In this document: positions 19,245-28,708 of the stretch, piece after piece
How positions within the stretch are numbered: the first letter of the stretch is position 1
Layout: every line of letters begins with the position of its first letter
From: Candidatus Cryptobacteroides sp.
GTDB taxonomy: Bacteria > Bacteroidota > Bacteroidia > Bacteroidales > UBA932
DNA: 64,000 nt
Direction of reading: 5' to 3'
Assembly (NCBI GenBank): GCA_045627265.1
Contig: JAZQNI010000066.1
Coordinates: 160 to 64,159, forward strand
Translations under genes and position numbers: made by a program
The notes under the pieces: model-generated
Told to the model about the DNA's origin: nothing
The model's input: the letters and a program-made list of their open reading frames with translations, nothing else
Database searches by the model: none

Positions 19245-19970
19245 TTATTTCTGATAAACCCGGTCCAGGATTGTCTGCATGTTTTTCAACTGGGTGGAGA
19301 GATGAAGCCTCATCGCCGTCCTGAATGCATCCGGGGTGCCGTTCCGCAAGATATTGAACAGTCCGATATGTGAGATTACGCTGGCATTGTGGTAATCGAA
19401 TTTGGTCTGAGGGAGGTATAACGTGAAAAGATGGCGCAGGATATGCTGGAAGTCGATCAGGGACTTGTTCCCGGTCATTTCGAAAAGTGTTCCGTGGAAC
19501 CTGAAGTCGACATCGGTGAGCTTCTTGGCTATCTCCATCCTTTCGTCTTCGGTCTTGGCCTGTGTCATGAGGACATCCAGTTCTGCCTGTTCGGCGATGA
19601 TTCCGTCAAGTTTTTCCATCTGTTCCGGTGTCTTGTTGAGGAACACAAAGTCCGCCATGCCGATCTCAAGCATGATTCTCAGCTGGAACAGGTCCTGCAG
19701 TGTGCTCCTGTCCAGCAGTCCGGAAGATACGATCGTCTTTATGACGCCGAACACTTCCGGTGTGGTCACTACCGTGCCTTTCTTTTTCTTGGTCTCGATA
19801 AACCCGAGGGCGCGCAGCTGGCTGAGCGCTTCCCTGACCACCACCCGGCTTACGCCCAGGATCTCTACGAATTCTTGTTCTTTAGGCAATTGCTTGCAGT
19901 CAGGATTATCAGATATGTATTTAAGAATGTCTTTCTGGGTTTGTTGTACGAGACTGGACTCTTCTTTCAT
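19245..19970 (-). CDS. GntR/FadR-family transcriptional regulator (likely PUL repressor)
   Basis: wHTH LPKEQEFVEILGVSRVVVREALSQL; FCD domain (LRIMLEIG, DFRFH, HL). Confidence 0.9.
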   Translation of the reverse strand: MKEESSLVQQTQKDILKYISDNPDCKQLPKEQEFVEILGVSRVVVREALSQLRALGFIETKKKKGTVVTTPEVFGVIKTIVSSGLLDRSTLQDLFQLRIMLEIGMADFVFLNKTPEQMEKLDGIIAEQAELDVLMTQAKTEDERMEIAKKLTDVDFRFHGTLFEMTGNKSLIDFQHILRHLFTLYLPQTKFDYHNASVISHIGLFNILRNGTPDAFRTAMRLHLSTQLKNMQTILDRVYQK

Positions 19971-20234
19971 GTTTGGGTTTTATTAGTCGTTCCTTACAAA
20001 GTTACATATTATATGATTAATTTGACAAATATCACATTAAATAATATGTATATAGGCTAAATGTAAGAAAAAAATATTTTTCATTGATTATTTCTGGAGA
20101 TTTTGGAGAATATATATTGCATATTCATCTTTTATGGAATACATTTGTACCAGCACTAAGACTACAGGCCTATTGTAAAAGAATAGACTGTTTTTTTACT
20201 ATGCATAAACGCAGATAATTAATTGCTGGAAACA
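19971..20234. promoter_or_regulatory. Divergent promoter region of the PUL
   Basis: AT-rich; -7 elements TAACTTTG (minus, 19997-20004) and TACATTTG (plus, 20140-20147); palindromes CATAT-T-ATATG (20005-20015) and AATATATATT (20109-20118). Confidence 0.6.
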
Positions 20235-21143
20235 ATGAAAAAGATCAAAGGCTTGATCGTGGCTCCATTCACCGGCTTCACTGCCGATGAAGAGCTGAAT
20301 CTGTCTGTTGTCGGGCTTCAGGCGGAATTTTACAAGAAAAACGGCATTACCGGCGCTTTCGTCGCAGGTACTACCGGAGAAGGCTCATCCCTTACGATGG
20401 ATGAGAAAAAAGCTCTTTACAGGGAGTGGGCCAAGTACAAGGACGACAACTTCGCATTGATCGGTTTTGTCGGCGGCACTTCTGTAAAAGAATGCAGGGA
20501 GCTTGCCCTGTATGCCAAGGAATGCGGCCTCGATGCTGTCGCAATGACCGCTCCGTATTATCAGAAGGCATCCGATGTCAAGGCTCTCGCAAAAACGCTG
20601 GCCCAGGTAGCTTCCGCTGTTCCGGACATGCCGTTCTTCTTCTATCACATCCCGGTGCTCACGCATGTGGGAGTCAATGTATTCAGCCTGCTCAAGGAGA
20701 TGGACGCCATCATCCCGAACCTCGCCGGAATCAAGTACACCTTCGAGGACATGATGGATTACCAGCTCTGTCTTGATTTCAAGGACAGGAAATATACCAT
20801 CATGTGGGGAAGGGATGAAATGCTCCTCGAGGCGCTGGCAATCGGTGCCGATACTTTCGTTGGCAGCACATACGGCTATAACGCCCCGGTTTACAACAAG
20901 ATCAGGGAGGCGTTCGCCGCCGGCGACATCAAGAAGGCTGCCGCCCTCCAGCACAAGGCCTGCGAGTATATCCAGTTCCTCGGCAAGTACGGGAATGGTT
21001 GCGGCAAGGCGTTCATGAAGGCGGTCGGTGTGGATCTCGGACCTTGCAGGTTCCCTCTGTCCACTCTGACTGACGAGCAGTACGAGTCATTGCTCACGGA
21101 TCTGGCAAAGACCGATTTCGATGAGTACAAGTGTGTTTTGTAA
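20235..21143 (+). CDS. nanA: N-acetylneuraminate lyase-type aldolase (DHDPS/NAL family)
   Basis: GTTGE, FYHIP (catalytic Tyr), GIKYT (Schiff-base Lys), NAL sugar-binding GRDE and GSTY motifs; context with sialidases. Confidence 0.85.
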   Translation: MKKIKGLIVAPFTGFTADEELNLSVVGLQAEFYKKNGITGAFVAGTTGEGSSLTMDEKKALYREWAKYKDDNFALIGFVGGTSVKECRELALYAKECGLDAVAMTAPYYQKASDVKALAKTLAQVASAVPDMPFFFYHIPVLTHVGVNVFSLLKEMDAIIPNLAGIKYTFEDMMDYQLCLDFKDRKYTIMWGRDEMLLEALAIGADTFVGSTYGYNAPVYNKIREAFAAGDIKKAAALQHKACEYIQFLGKYGNGCGKAFMKAVGVDLGPCRFPLSTLTDEQYESLLTDLAKTDFDEYKCVL

Positions 21144-21165
21144 CCAAACTAATCCTTTTCAATAT

Positions 21166-24100
21166 ATGACTAGAAAACTGTTGCAGTGCAAATATGCCAT
21201 TACGGCTGTGTTTGCAGTAGCCATGATGCTCTTCTGCGTAAACGTGACAAATGCCCAGACCAAGGGCAATCCGGTCACGGTACGTGGACAGATCTTGGAT
21301 TCTACAGGTGCTCCGCTTCCAAGCGCCACCGTACAGATCAAAGGTACGTCGAAAGGTGTCAGCACCGACCTCGACGGAAACTATTCGATTGACGCCAAAG
21401 TCGGCGATGTGCTCGTATATGCATTCACCGGCATGGAAACAAAGGAGGTTGTTGTCGGAACAGCTCCGGTCGTCAATGTAAGCCTTATGGATGACCTGCT
21501 TCTCCTTGATGAGGCAGTCTCTATCGGTTATGGAAAACAGGCCAGGTCCCTGCTCACCAATTCAATCACCAGGATCGGAGCAGAGGAGTTCGAGCATTCT
21601 CCGCAGCAGAACGCCATCTCCCAGCTTCAGGGCAAGGTCCCTGGACTTTCTGTCCAGGTTACTTCAGGCCAGCCTGGTACGACTCCGGAAATGTTCATCC
21701 GCGGTGGTACCACCACAGGCGTGACCTCCGATTCTCCGCTTCTGATCATCGACGGTGTCATCTCTGAAGGAATGCGCGGCATTCAGGATATGAACCCTAA
21801 CGACATCGAGTCCATGGAAGTCCTCAAGGACGCAGCTTCTACTGCAATCTACGGTGCCCGTGCCGCCAACGGTATCATCCTCGTGACGACCAAGAGCGGC
21901 AAGGCCGAGAAGGCAAAAGTCAACTTCAAGTACACCGTGGGTATGGACAGCAAGCCGAAGTCATTGAACATGCTCAATGCACGCGATTACATCGCCCTCA
22001 CCAGAACAGCTGTCAACAATGACCCGACCGCAGATGCCACCGTCAAGGCGAAATTCCTCGAGGGCTCGTTCGGTATGTCGACAGGCAATCCGTTCGGTGC
22101 GGCTGGAACCCTGGACTTCCTCGACAACTTCCTTGCTCAGCATGGCCAGGATTTCGTTGCAGACCTTCTTGAAAACCAGGGCTGGCAGACGATGGTTGAC
22201 CCTGTGACCGGAAGGCAGCTCATCTTCATGGACACCAATTTCGAGGATGCAACCTATGTCAATGCAATGAAGCAGGAGTACGCACTCAGCGTTTCCGGCG
22301 GCAATGACAAGGCCACATATTATGCATCCCTCCGCCACTTGAACCAGGACGGTATCGTCGTGGGCACATGGTACAAGAACTACAGTGCATTGCTGAACGG
22401 AACACTCCAGATCACCCCGAAGCTCAAGGCATGGTCGAAGGCGACGATAAATGTCGGTGACAGGAACCAGATGTCGAACATCACCAACCAGCTGCAGCGT
22501 GCCATCTTCATGCCTCCGACCTACAGGCTTTACTACGAAGACGGTCTTCCTGCTCCGGGAGAAGGAATGTCATCATTCAGACCACGCCAGTATGAGAACT
22601 ACTACATCAACAAGTATAATGTGAACACCCAGTACAGGATGGGATTCGCAGGTGGAGCCGACTGGGACATCCTCCCGGGACTCAGGTTCTCTCCTAGCCT
22701 TTCATTCAACACATCAGAAGGTATCACATCTACATTCGAGGCTCTCAATGAGACTACCGGCTCCGAGATCCGCAAGGCGACGGCAGCCCACCAGCTCAAC
22801 AGCATCCTCCAGGCCGACGCCGTCTTGACTTATGACAAGAGCATAAAGAAGAACAACATCAACGTCACGGCCGGTACCAGCTACATCAAGCAGCATCAGT
22901 TCGTGCTCAGCGGCAGCGGCAGCGGTGCTCCTTCAGACCTTATCCCGACCCTCAATGCATCCGCCGACTCTACCCAGCGTATCACTTCCACCATCAGCAA
23001 TGAGGCTACGCTCAGCTACTTCGGACGTTTGAACTACAACTATGACGGCAAATATCTTGCAAGCGCAAGCATCAGAGCCGACGGTTCTTCAAGGTTCGCT
23101 CCTAACAAGAGATGGGGCTATTTCCCTGGAGCTTCCCTCGGCTGGAACATGCACAAGGAAGGATTCTTCAAGCCGTTGACCAAGGTTGTCAACAAGCTCA
23201 AGTTCCGTGCAAGCTACGGTCAGGCGGGAAGCAATTCCCTCAACCTCGCCGATACCCACGGACAGTACGGCATCACCTCCACATATCTCGGTGAGGTTGG
23301 TGTTCTCAACACCACGCTCGGAAATGCCGACCTTCTCTGGGAGAGGACGACTTCCTATGATGCGGGCTTGGACATCGCGCTCTTCAACAGCAGGCTCGAA
23401 ATGATCGTTGACGTATACGACAAGATCACTGACAACCGTCTCTATGACAACAAGCTCTCTGCCCAGACCGGATACTCTACAATCAAGATGAACTATGGTT
23501 CGATCGGCACCAAGGGTGTTGAATTCGAGCTCCACGCAGTACCTGTAAGTACCAGGGACTTCAGCTGGAATCTCGATTTCAACTTCACATTCTACCGTAC
23601 GATCGTACTTTCACTTCCTGACAACGGAGAAGAGAAGCACAGAACAGGCGGAAACTATGTATATGACCCTGTCACCGGTACGGATGTCAAGGTCGGTGGC
23701 TTCGCTGAAGGCGAAAGATTTGGACAGCGCTGGGCTTATCATTACCTTGGCAACTACCAGACAGACGAAGAGGCCGCTCTTGCACCTTATGACGAGAATG
23801 CAAAAGGCCGTAAGAAATATGCTGGTGATGCCATCTGGGAGGATAAGAACAACGACGGTGTGATCAATGCCAAGGATATGGTGTTCATGGGTTACATCCG
23901 TCCTGACAAACTCGGCGGTCTTACCAACAGCTTCAAGTGGAAGAACCTGTCCGCACGCATCGTGATGGACTATGCTATCGGCCATGTAATCAACAACGGT
24001 ACTCTCGGTTACTCCCTTGCAAGTATCCGCAACAACTTCAATGTGGTGAGCAACGCTCTCACAGAGTGCTGGACTCCAGAAAATCCGGATGCAAAGTATC

Positions 24101-24438
24101 CTAGATTCTCTCCTCTCAGCGACTCCGACTACGCCACCAAGAATTTCGCGAGAAGTGCTGAGTCCATCGGTGATTCCACCTCAGGACAGACCAACACTTC
24201 TACATTCTACCGCAAGGGCGATTACCTCGCTTTCCGTGAGGTGTCCTTGTCATACAATGTACCGGAGACGGTCCTCAGGAAAGTCAGAATCAGCGCACTT
24301 CAGGTATTTGCCGTTGCCAACAACCTCGGCTATATCACAGCGTATGACGGTATGACTCCTGAGCTTTATCTCGGACGTGATTATGGTTTTTATCCTAGGC
24401 CAAAGGAATTCAGCCTTGGTCTGAACCTTACATTCTAA
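21166..24438 (+). CDS. SusC/RagA TonB-dependent transporter
   Basis: Start MTRKLL at 21166; CarboxypepD_reg-like N-domain, LQGKVPGL, IESMEVLKDAASTAIYGARAANGIILVTTK, C-terminal YP.PKEFSLGLNLTF. Confidence 0.97.
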   Translation: MTRKLLQCKYAITAVFAVAMMLFCVNVTNAQTKGNPVTVRGQILDSTGAPLPSATVQIKGTSKGVSTDLDGNYSIDAKVGDVLVYAFTGMETKEVVVGTAPVVNVSLMDDLLLLDEAVSIGYGKQARSLLTNSITRIGAEEFEHSPQQNAISQLQGKVPGLSVQVTSGQPGTTPEMFIRGGTTTGVTSDSPLLIIDGVISEGMRGIQDMNPNDIESMEVLKDAASTAIYGARAANGIILVTTKSGKAEKAKVNFKYTVGMDSKPKSLNMLNARDYIALTRTAVNNDPTADATVKAKFLEGSFGMSTGNPFGAAGTLDFLDNFLAQHGQDFVADLLENQGWQTMVDPVTGRQLIFMDTNFEDATYVNAMKQEYALSVSGGNDKATYYASLRHLNQDGIVVGTWYKNYSALLNGTLQITPKLKAWSKATINVGDRNQMSNITNQLQRAIFMPPTYRLYYEDGLPAPGEGMSSFRPRQYENYYINKYNVNTQYRMGFAGGADWDILPGLRFSPSLSFNTSEGITSTFEALNETTGSEIRKATAAHQLNSILQADAVLTYDKSIKKNNINVTAGTSYIKQHQFVLSGSGSGAPSDLIPTLNASADSTQRITSTISNEATLSYFGRLNYNYDGKYLASASIRADGSSRFAPNKRWGYFPGASLGWNMHKEGFFKPLTKVVNKLKFRASYGQAGSNSLNLADTHGQYGITSTYLGEVGVLNTTLGNADLLWERTTSYDAGLDIALFNSRLEMIVDVYDKITDNRLYDNKLSAQTGYSTIKMNYGSIGTKGVEFELHAVPVSTRDFSWNLDFNFTFYRTIVLSLPDNGEEKHRTGGNYVYDPVTGTDVKVGGFAEGERFGQRWAYHYLGNYQTDEEAALAPYDENAKGRKKYAGDAIWEDKNNDGVINAKDMVFMGYIRPDKLGGLTNSFKWKNLSARIVMDYAIGHVINNGTLGYSLASIRNNFNVVSNALTECWTPENPDAKYPRFSPLSDSDYATKNFARSAESIGDSTSGQTNTSTFYRKGDYLAFREVSLSYNVPETVLRKVRISALQVFAVANNLGYITAYDGMTPELYLGRDYGFYPRPKEFSLGLNLTF

Positions 24439-24457
24439 TCTTCAATTCATTCAAGAC

Positions 24458-25918
24458 ATGAAAAAGATAAATAAAATAGCATTGGCTCTGGGGCTTATGG
24501 CAGCCTGCTCATGCAGCGGTCTTCTCGATGTCAAGAATCCTTCCGGAATCTATGGCAGCGACTATTGGTCCAACAAGGACGAGGTGTTCAGCTACCTGTT
24601 GGGCACATATACGGAATTCAGGACCACATTGAACACCATGGAGTACCTTGAGGCGCGCGGCGACGAATTCGATCCGGGCCTGGAGGATGCCGGTACCAAC
24701 ATGTGGGCTCAGAACATTTCTTCCACCACAGCTTTCAGCTGGGCCGCTTATTATACTACGATCCAGCATTGCAACATGATCATCAAGCACATCGAGGATG
24801 TGAAATACAGCCTCGATTCAGAGAAGAACCAGATTCTTGCCGAAGCTTTCACGATGAGGGCGATGATGTATTTCAACATCGTAAGGCTCTGGGGAAAATG
24901 CCCTCTTGAGCTTGTCCCGACTGAAGGATCATCCAAGGAACTTTCCGGCCGTGCTTCCATCCCTGATGTCATGGACCAGATTTTCGCCGACCTCGAAACT
25001 GCTGTCGGCCTCTTCCCTTCAGACGATTGGTCAACAGGCAAGAGCCGTGCTTCCAAGAGAGGTGCCTACGCCCTCATGGCGGATGCATATCTCTGGAGGG
25101 CCAAGGCTCTCGGCGGAGGTGATGCCGACTTGAACAATGTCATCAAGTATGCCGACCTCGCTGCCGAAGGTTCATCCCTCGAGGAGAGCTTCTCTTCCAT
25201 CTATGGGACAAGGAACGGCAAGGAAGTCATCTGGTCAATATATTACGGCTATCCTGAGACTTCCGGTGACAGCTACACCCATTTCATGACTCTCCGTGAC
25301 GTATTCGTGGAGAAGGCTGTCAACAAGGACGACGTGCCATACGCAAAGAGCGGTGCCCGCAGCAGATATACCCCTAGCGCTGCATTCCGCGCCCTTGTCT
25401 CCAAGTATGAGGGAGATGTGCGCAAGAAAGGATCCTTCATCGATGCCGTCAATGACAAGGGCGTAGTCCTCGGAACTTCACAGGTCAAGATGCCTGGAAC
25501 CAAGACTTCCACCAACGTAATTTTCGACAATGACAATGTTCTCTACCGTCATGCAGAGATGATTCTGTTCAAGGCAGAGGCCTATGCTGCCCTTGGACAG
25601 ACAGATGCTGCCATAGAAGAGCTCAATAAGGTCCGCAGGCGTGCCGGTATCGGCAATTATGCCGGAGCAAAGGACAAGGCCAGCGTGGAACTTGAGATCC
25701 TTGATGAGAGAGGACGTGAATTCTTCCTCGAGAACAAGAGGTGGCCTGACCTCCTCCGCTTCCATTATGAGGGCCTTGTCGATGTCTATGAGATCATCCC
25801 TAAGCTCAAGGAGAGAAAGGATGCCGGTACCATCGTGCCTCTCTATCTGCCAATTCCTATCACCGAGATCGGCCTCAACCATAAGTTGGAGCAGACCGAA
25901 GGATATGAGGAACTTTAG
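24458..25918 (+). CDS. SusD/RagB glycan-binding lipoprotein
   Basis: Lipobox CSC, AEAFTMRAMMYFNIVRLWG, YRHAEMILFKAEA, LNKVRRRAG, ILDERGREFFLENKRWPDLLR. Confidence 0.95.
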   Translation: MKKINKIALALGLMAACSCSGLLDVKNPSGIYGSDYWSNKDEVFSYLLGTYTEFRTTLNTMEYLEARGDEFDPGLEDAGTNMWAQNISSTTAFSWAAYYTTIQHCNMIIKHIEDVKYSLDSEKNQILAEAFTMRAMMYFNIVRLWGKCPLELVPTEGSSKELSGRASIPDVMDQIFADLETAVGLFPSDDWSTGKSRASKRGAYALMADAYLWRAKALGGGDADLNNVIKYADLAAEGSSLEESFSSIYGTRNGKEVIWSIYYGYPETSGDSYTHFMTLRDVFVEKAVNKDDVPYAKSGARSRYTPSAAFRALVSKYEGDVRKKGSFIDAVNDKGVVLGTSQVKMPGTKTSTNVIFDNDNVLYRHAEMILFKAEAYAALGQTDAAIEELNKVRRRAGIGNYAGAKDKASVELEILDERGREFFLENKRWPDLLRFHYEGLVDVYEIIPKLKERKDAGTIVPLYLPIPITEIGLNHKLEQTEGYEEL

Positions 25919-25936
25919 TCAAAACCGATAATTGAA

Positions 25937-27106
25937 ATGAACAGATATCTGCTTATTGCACTTTCTGCCGCAGCTCTTGTCTCTTGTGGCAAGCCTGTCG
26001 AAGATGAGACGAAAAAGGACGAGGAAGAGAAAAAGGACGAGTTCGTCGTTGCCGTCTCGGCACCGGACATATTCGTCGGCAAGAACGACGGATACAATAC
26101 TTTCCGCATCCCTGCAATCGTGAAGTCGAAGAAAGGTACCTTGCTTGCTTTCTGCGAAGGCCGCAAGAACAGTGGCAGCGATACCGGGGACATCGACCTC
26201 CTGCTCAGACGTTCGATTGACGGTGGCAACAAATGGAGCCGCATCATCACGGTCTGGGACGACGGATCCAACACCTGTGGCAATCCTTGCCCGGTGGTGG
26301 ATCCTGAAACAGGCCGCATCCATCTCCTCATGACGTGGAATTTCGCCACAGACGGCAAGTCTGCCGGCGATTTCAACACAGGCAACACCAAGGACACCCG
26401 CAGAGTGTATTATACATACTCGGATGATGACGGAGTGTCCTGGAGCAAGCCGGTTGAGATCACCGACCAGGCCAAGAAGCCGGAATGGGGATGGTATGCA
26501 ACCGGTCCTTGCCACGGAATCGTCCTGACGAAGGGTGCTCACAAAGGTCGTATCGTCATTCCTTGTGATGCCAATGAAAGGCAAGCAGCGACAGGATCGA
26601 CCACTGGCTACTCCCATGTCATATACTCCGACGATCAGGGCAAGACCTGGCATATCGGAGGGACTGTCAAGGGAGGCAACGAAAGTTGTGCAGCCGAACT
26701 TGAGGATGGCCGGATCCTGCTTACTTGCCGCGCATCCGGAGGCAAGAGGCTCCTTGCCTGGAGCAGCGACGGTGGTGAGACCTTCTCAGCGGGCAAGGCC
26801 AATGCAGATCTTCCTGACCCGAGGTGTCAGGGAAGTTGCCTGAGCCATACCTGGAACGGCACACCTGCGGTATTCCATATAAACTGCGCCGATCCGAGCA
26901 CCCGCACCAAACTTACAGTCAAGGCTTCAGTCGACGGTGGCGAGAAATGGAATTCAGGATATCAGCTGACAGCACTCTATACCGCATACTCCGACATCGT
27001 CATGCTTGATGACAACGTCATCGTGATCTTCTACGAAAACGGAGGCAGCGGATCATACGAAAAGATCAGCATCCAGAAAACAGCAATAAGTTATATCTTA
27101 AAATAA
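25937..27106 (+). CDS. GH33 sialidase-family lipoprotein (1)
   Basis: Lipobox LVSC, FRIP, EGR, Asp-boxes (SIDGGNKW, SDDDGVSW, SDDQGKTW, SSDGGETF, SVDGGEKW), NE, AYSD. Confidence 0.93.
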   Translation: MNRYLLIALSAAALVSCGKPVEDETKKDEEEKKDEFVVAVSAPDIFVGKNDGYNTFRIPAIVKSKKGTLLAFCEGRKNSGSDTGDIDLLLRRSIDGGNKWSRIITVWDDGSNTCGNPCPVVDPETGRIHLLMTWNFATDGKSAGDFNTGNTKDTRRVYYTYSDDDGVSWSKPVEITDQAKKPEWGWYATGPCHGIVLTKGAHKGRIVIPCDANERQAATGSTTGYSHVIYSDDQGKTWHIGGTVKGGNESCAAELEDGRILLTCRASGGKRLLAWSSDGGETFSAGKANADLPDPRCQGSCLSHTWNGTPAVFHINCADPSTRTKLTVKASVDGGEKWNSGYQLTALYTAYSDIVMLDDNVIVIFYENGGSGSYEKISIQKTAISYILK

Positions 27107-27114
27107 AGACAAAA

Positions 27115-28656
27115 ATGAAACGTATAATATCTTATATTTCAGTGGCACTTGCGTTCATGGCGGTGTCCTGCAATCCGGAGGAGACCAGCGCTCCTCTGAC
27201 TGCGGATTTCGAGTTCGACAAGTCTGATGTCCTTGTGGGTGAGGAAGTCTCTTTCAACGCATTGACAACAGGCAACGTGACCAGATGGACATGGACATTC
27301 GAAGGCGCAACTCCGGAGACATCAGTCCTTACACAGCCAAAGATCTGTTGGATGGATGCCGGATCCTATACTGTCAAGCTCGTTGCTGCCAATGCGGAGG
27401 AATCCGTCGAGGTAGTAAAGGAAAAGGTCATCAACGTCTCTTATCACAGCACAGTAACCGCTGATTTCGAGATGGATCGTACAAGGGCATACTCGGACCA
27501 GGTGGTGACATTCACCAACAAGTCCCTCGGCTTCCCGAACAACATAAAGTGGACCTTCACTCCTAAGGAGGGTACTCCGGTTGTTTCTACCGAAGCCAAT
27601 CCGGCCCTCACTTTCGAGCCGGGACTCTACACAATCAAGCTTGAGGTCAGCAGCCCTGTGGCCAGCGACGTCAAGGAACTCGTCGACGCACTCCTTATCC
27701 TCGACCCTAATGCTGTTACGGCGCATATCCAGTCAGACCATGCCACGACATATACCGGCGGAAGCATCAAATTCTCTGCACAGACCGAAGGTCCTGTCAA
27801 GACTTATGAATGGACGTTCGAAGGCGGAAACCCTGCAACCTCTACAGAGGAGCAGCCAGTTGTCACCTACAACACAGTTGGTTCTTACAAGGTATCGCTC
27901 ACTGTCCGCAATGGTTCAAACGTCGATACCGACGAGATCGAGGGCTATGTACATGTAATCCCGGGAGCTAATATCGTATTCATGCTTCCATTCGACGGTG
28001 ATTGCAATGACTATGGTCCTTACGGACTGCATCCAACCCTCTACACTCTCGGCGGTCTTGAGATCACCTTCGAGGAGGGCAACAAGCATGCACAGTCTGC
28101 AAGATTCCCAGGCGGAACCAAGGGTAAGTCATACCAGGTACTTCTCGCCCCGGATGCGATAGAGGATCATTGGCCGGCAGGAAACGAACTCACCGTTTCA
28201 TGGTGGTCCAAACTCCCTGCGGTAAGTGCGAACGAGGCTGTCTTCGCCCAGGGTCACTGCCCGGGATTCGACAACTCCCAGCAGATATGGTGCCGCTTCC
28301 AGACGGGCAATGCAATCCGTGCAACCGCGGAGCAGACAACCCCTAAGGCCAGCGCCACATCGACCATCAGCAACACCAACCTGCAGAATAACGAGTGGCA
28401 CAACATCACCCTCGTGCTTTCTAACCAGGGTGGAGATCTGGTGTTCTACTTCGACGGTATAAAGCAGACACCTCAGTTGAACAAGGGTACTCAGGATACT
28501 CAGAGAACTCCTTATGCTATCGGCTGCAACCTCCGTTGGACCAACAACGCACCTGCACCGGAGAACATGTATACCGGACTTCTCGACGACTATGTACTTT
28601 ATAGCAAGGCTTTGTCAGAGGCCGACATCCAGGCTCTCTACGAAGTTGGTAAATAA
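27115..28656 (+). CDS. Surface lipoprotein with three PKD domains and a C-terminal LamG/concanavalin-like domain
   Basis: Lipobox AVSC; PKD repeats (WTWTFEGATP, WTFTP, YEWTFEGGNP...GSYKVSLTV); LamG features (TVSWW, NNEWHNITLV, FYFDG, YTGLLDDYVLYSKALS). Confidence 0.85.
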   Translation: MKRIISYISVALAFMAVSCNPEETSAPLTADFEFDKSDVLVGEEVSFNALTTGNVTRWTWTFEGATPETSVLTQPKICWMDAGSYTVKLVAANAEESVEVVKEKVINVSYHSTVTADFEMDRTRAYSDQVVTFTNKSLGFPNNIKWTFTPKEGTPVVSTEANPALTFEPGLYTIKLEVSSPVASDVKELVDALLILDPNAVTAHIQSDHATTYTGGSIKFSAQTEGPVKTYEWTFEGGNPATSTEEQPVVTYNTVGSYKVSLTVRNGSNVDTDEIEGYVHVIPGANIVFMLPFDGDCNDYGPYGLHPTLYTLGGLEITFEEGNKHAQSARFPGGTKGKSYQVLLAPDAIEDHWPAGNELTVSWWSKLPAVSANEAVFAQGHCPGFDNSQQIWCRFQTGNAIRATAEQTTPKASATSTISNTNLQNNEWHNITLVLSNQGGDLVFYFDGIKQTPQLNKGTQDTQRTPYAIGCNLRWTNNAPAPENMYTGLLDDYVLYSKALSEADIQALYEVGK

Positions 28657-28670
28657 TTAAAAGTATTTGT

Positions 28671-28705
28671 GGACCGGCCGTATGCTATATGGCCGGTCCT
28701 TTTTT
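28671..28705 (+). terminator. Intra-operon intrinsic terminator
   Basis: GGACCGGCC...GGCCGGTCC stem followed by TTTTTT, ending 3 nt before the next ATG. Confidence 0.8.
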
Positions 28706-28708
28706 ATT

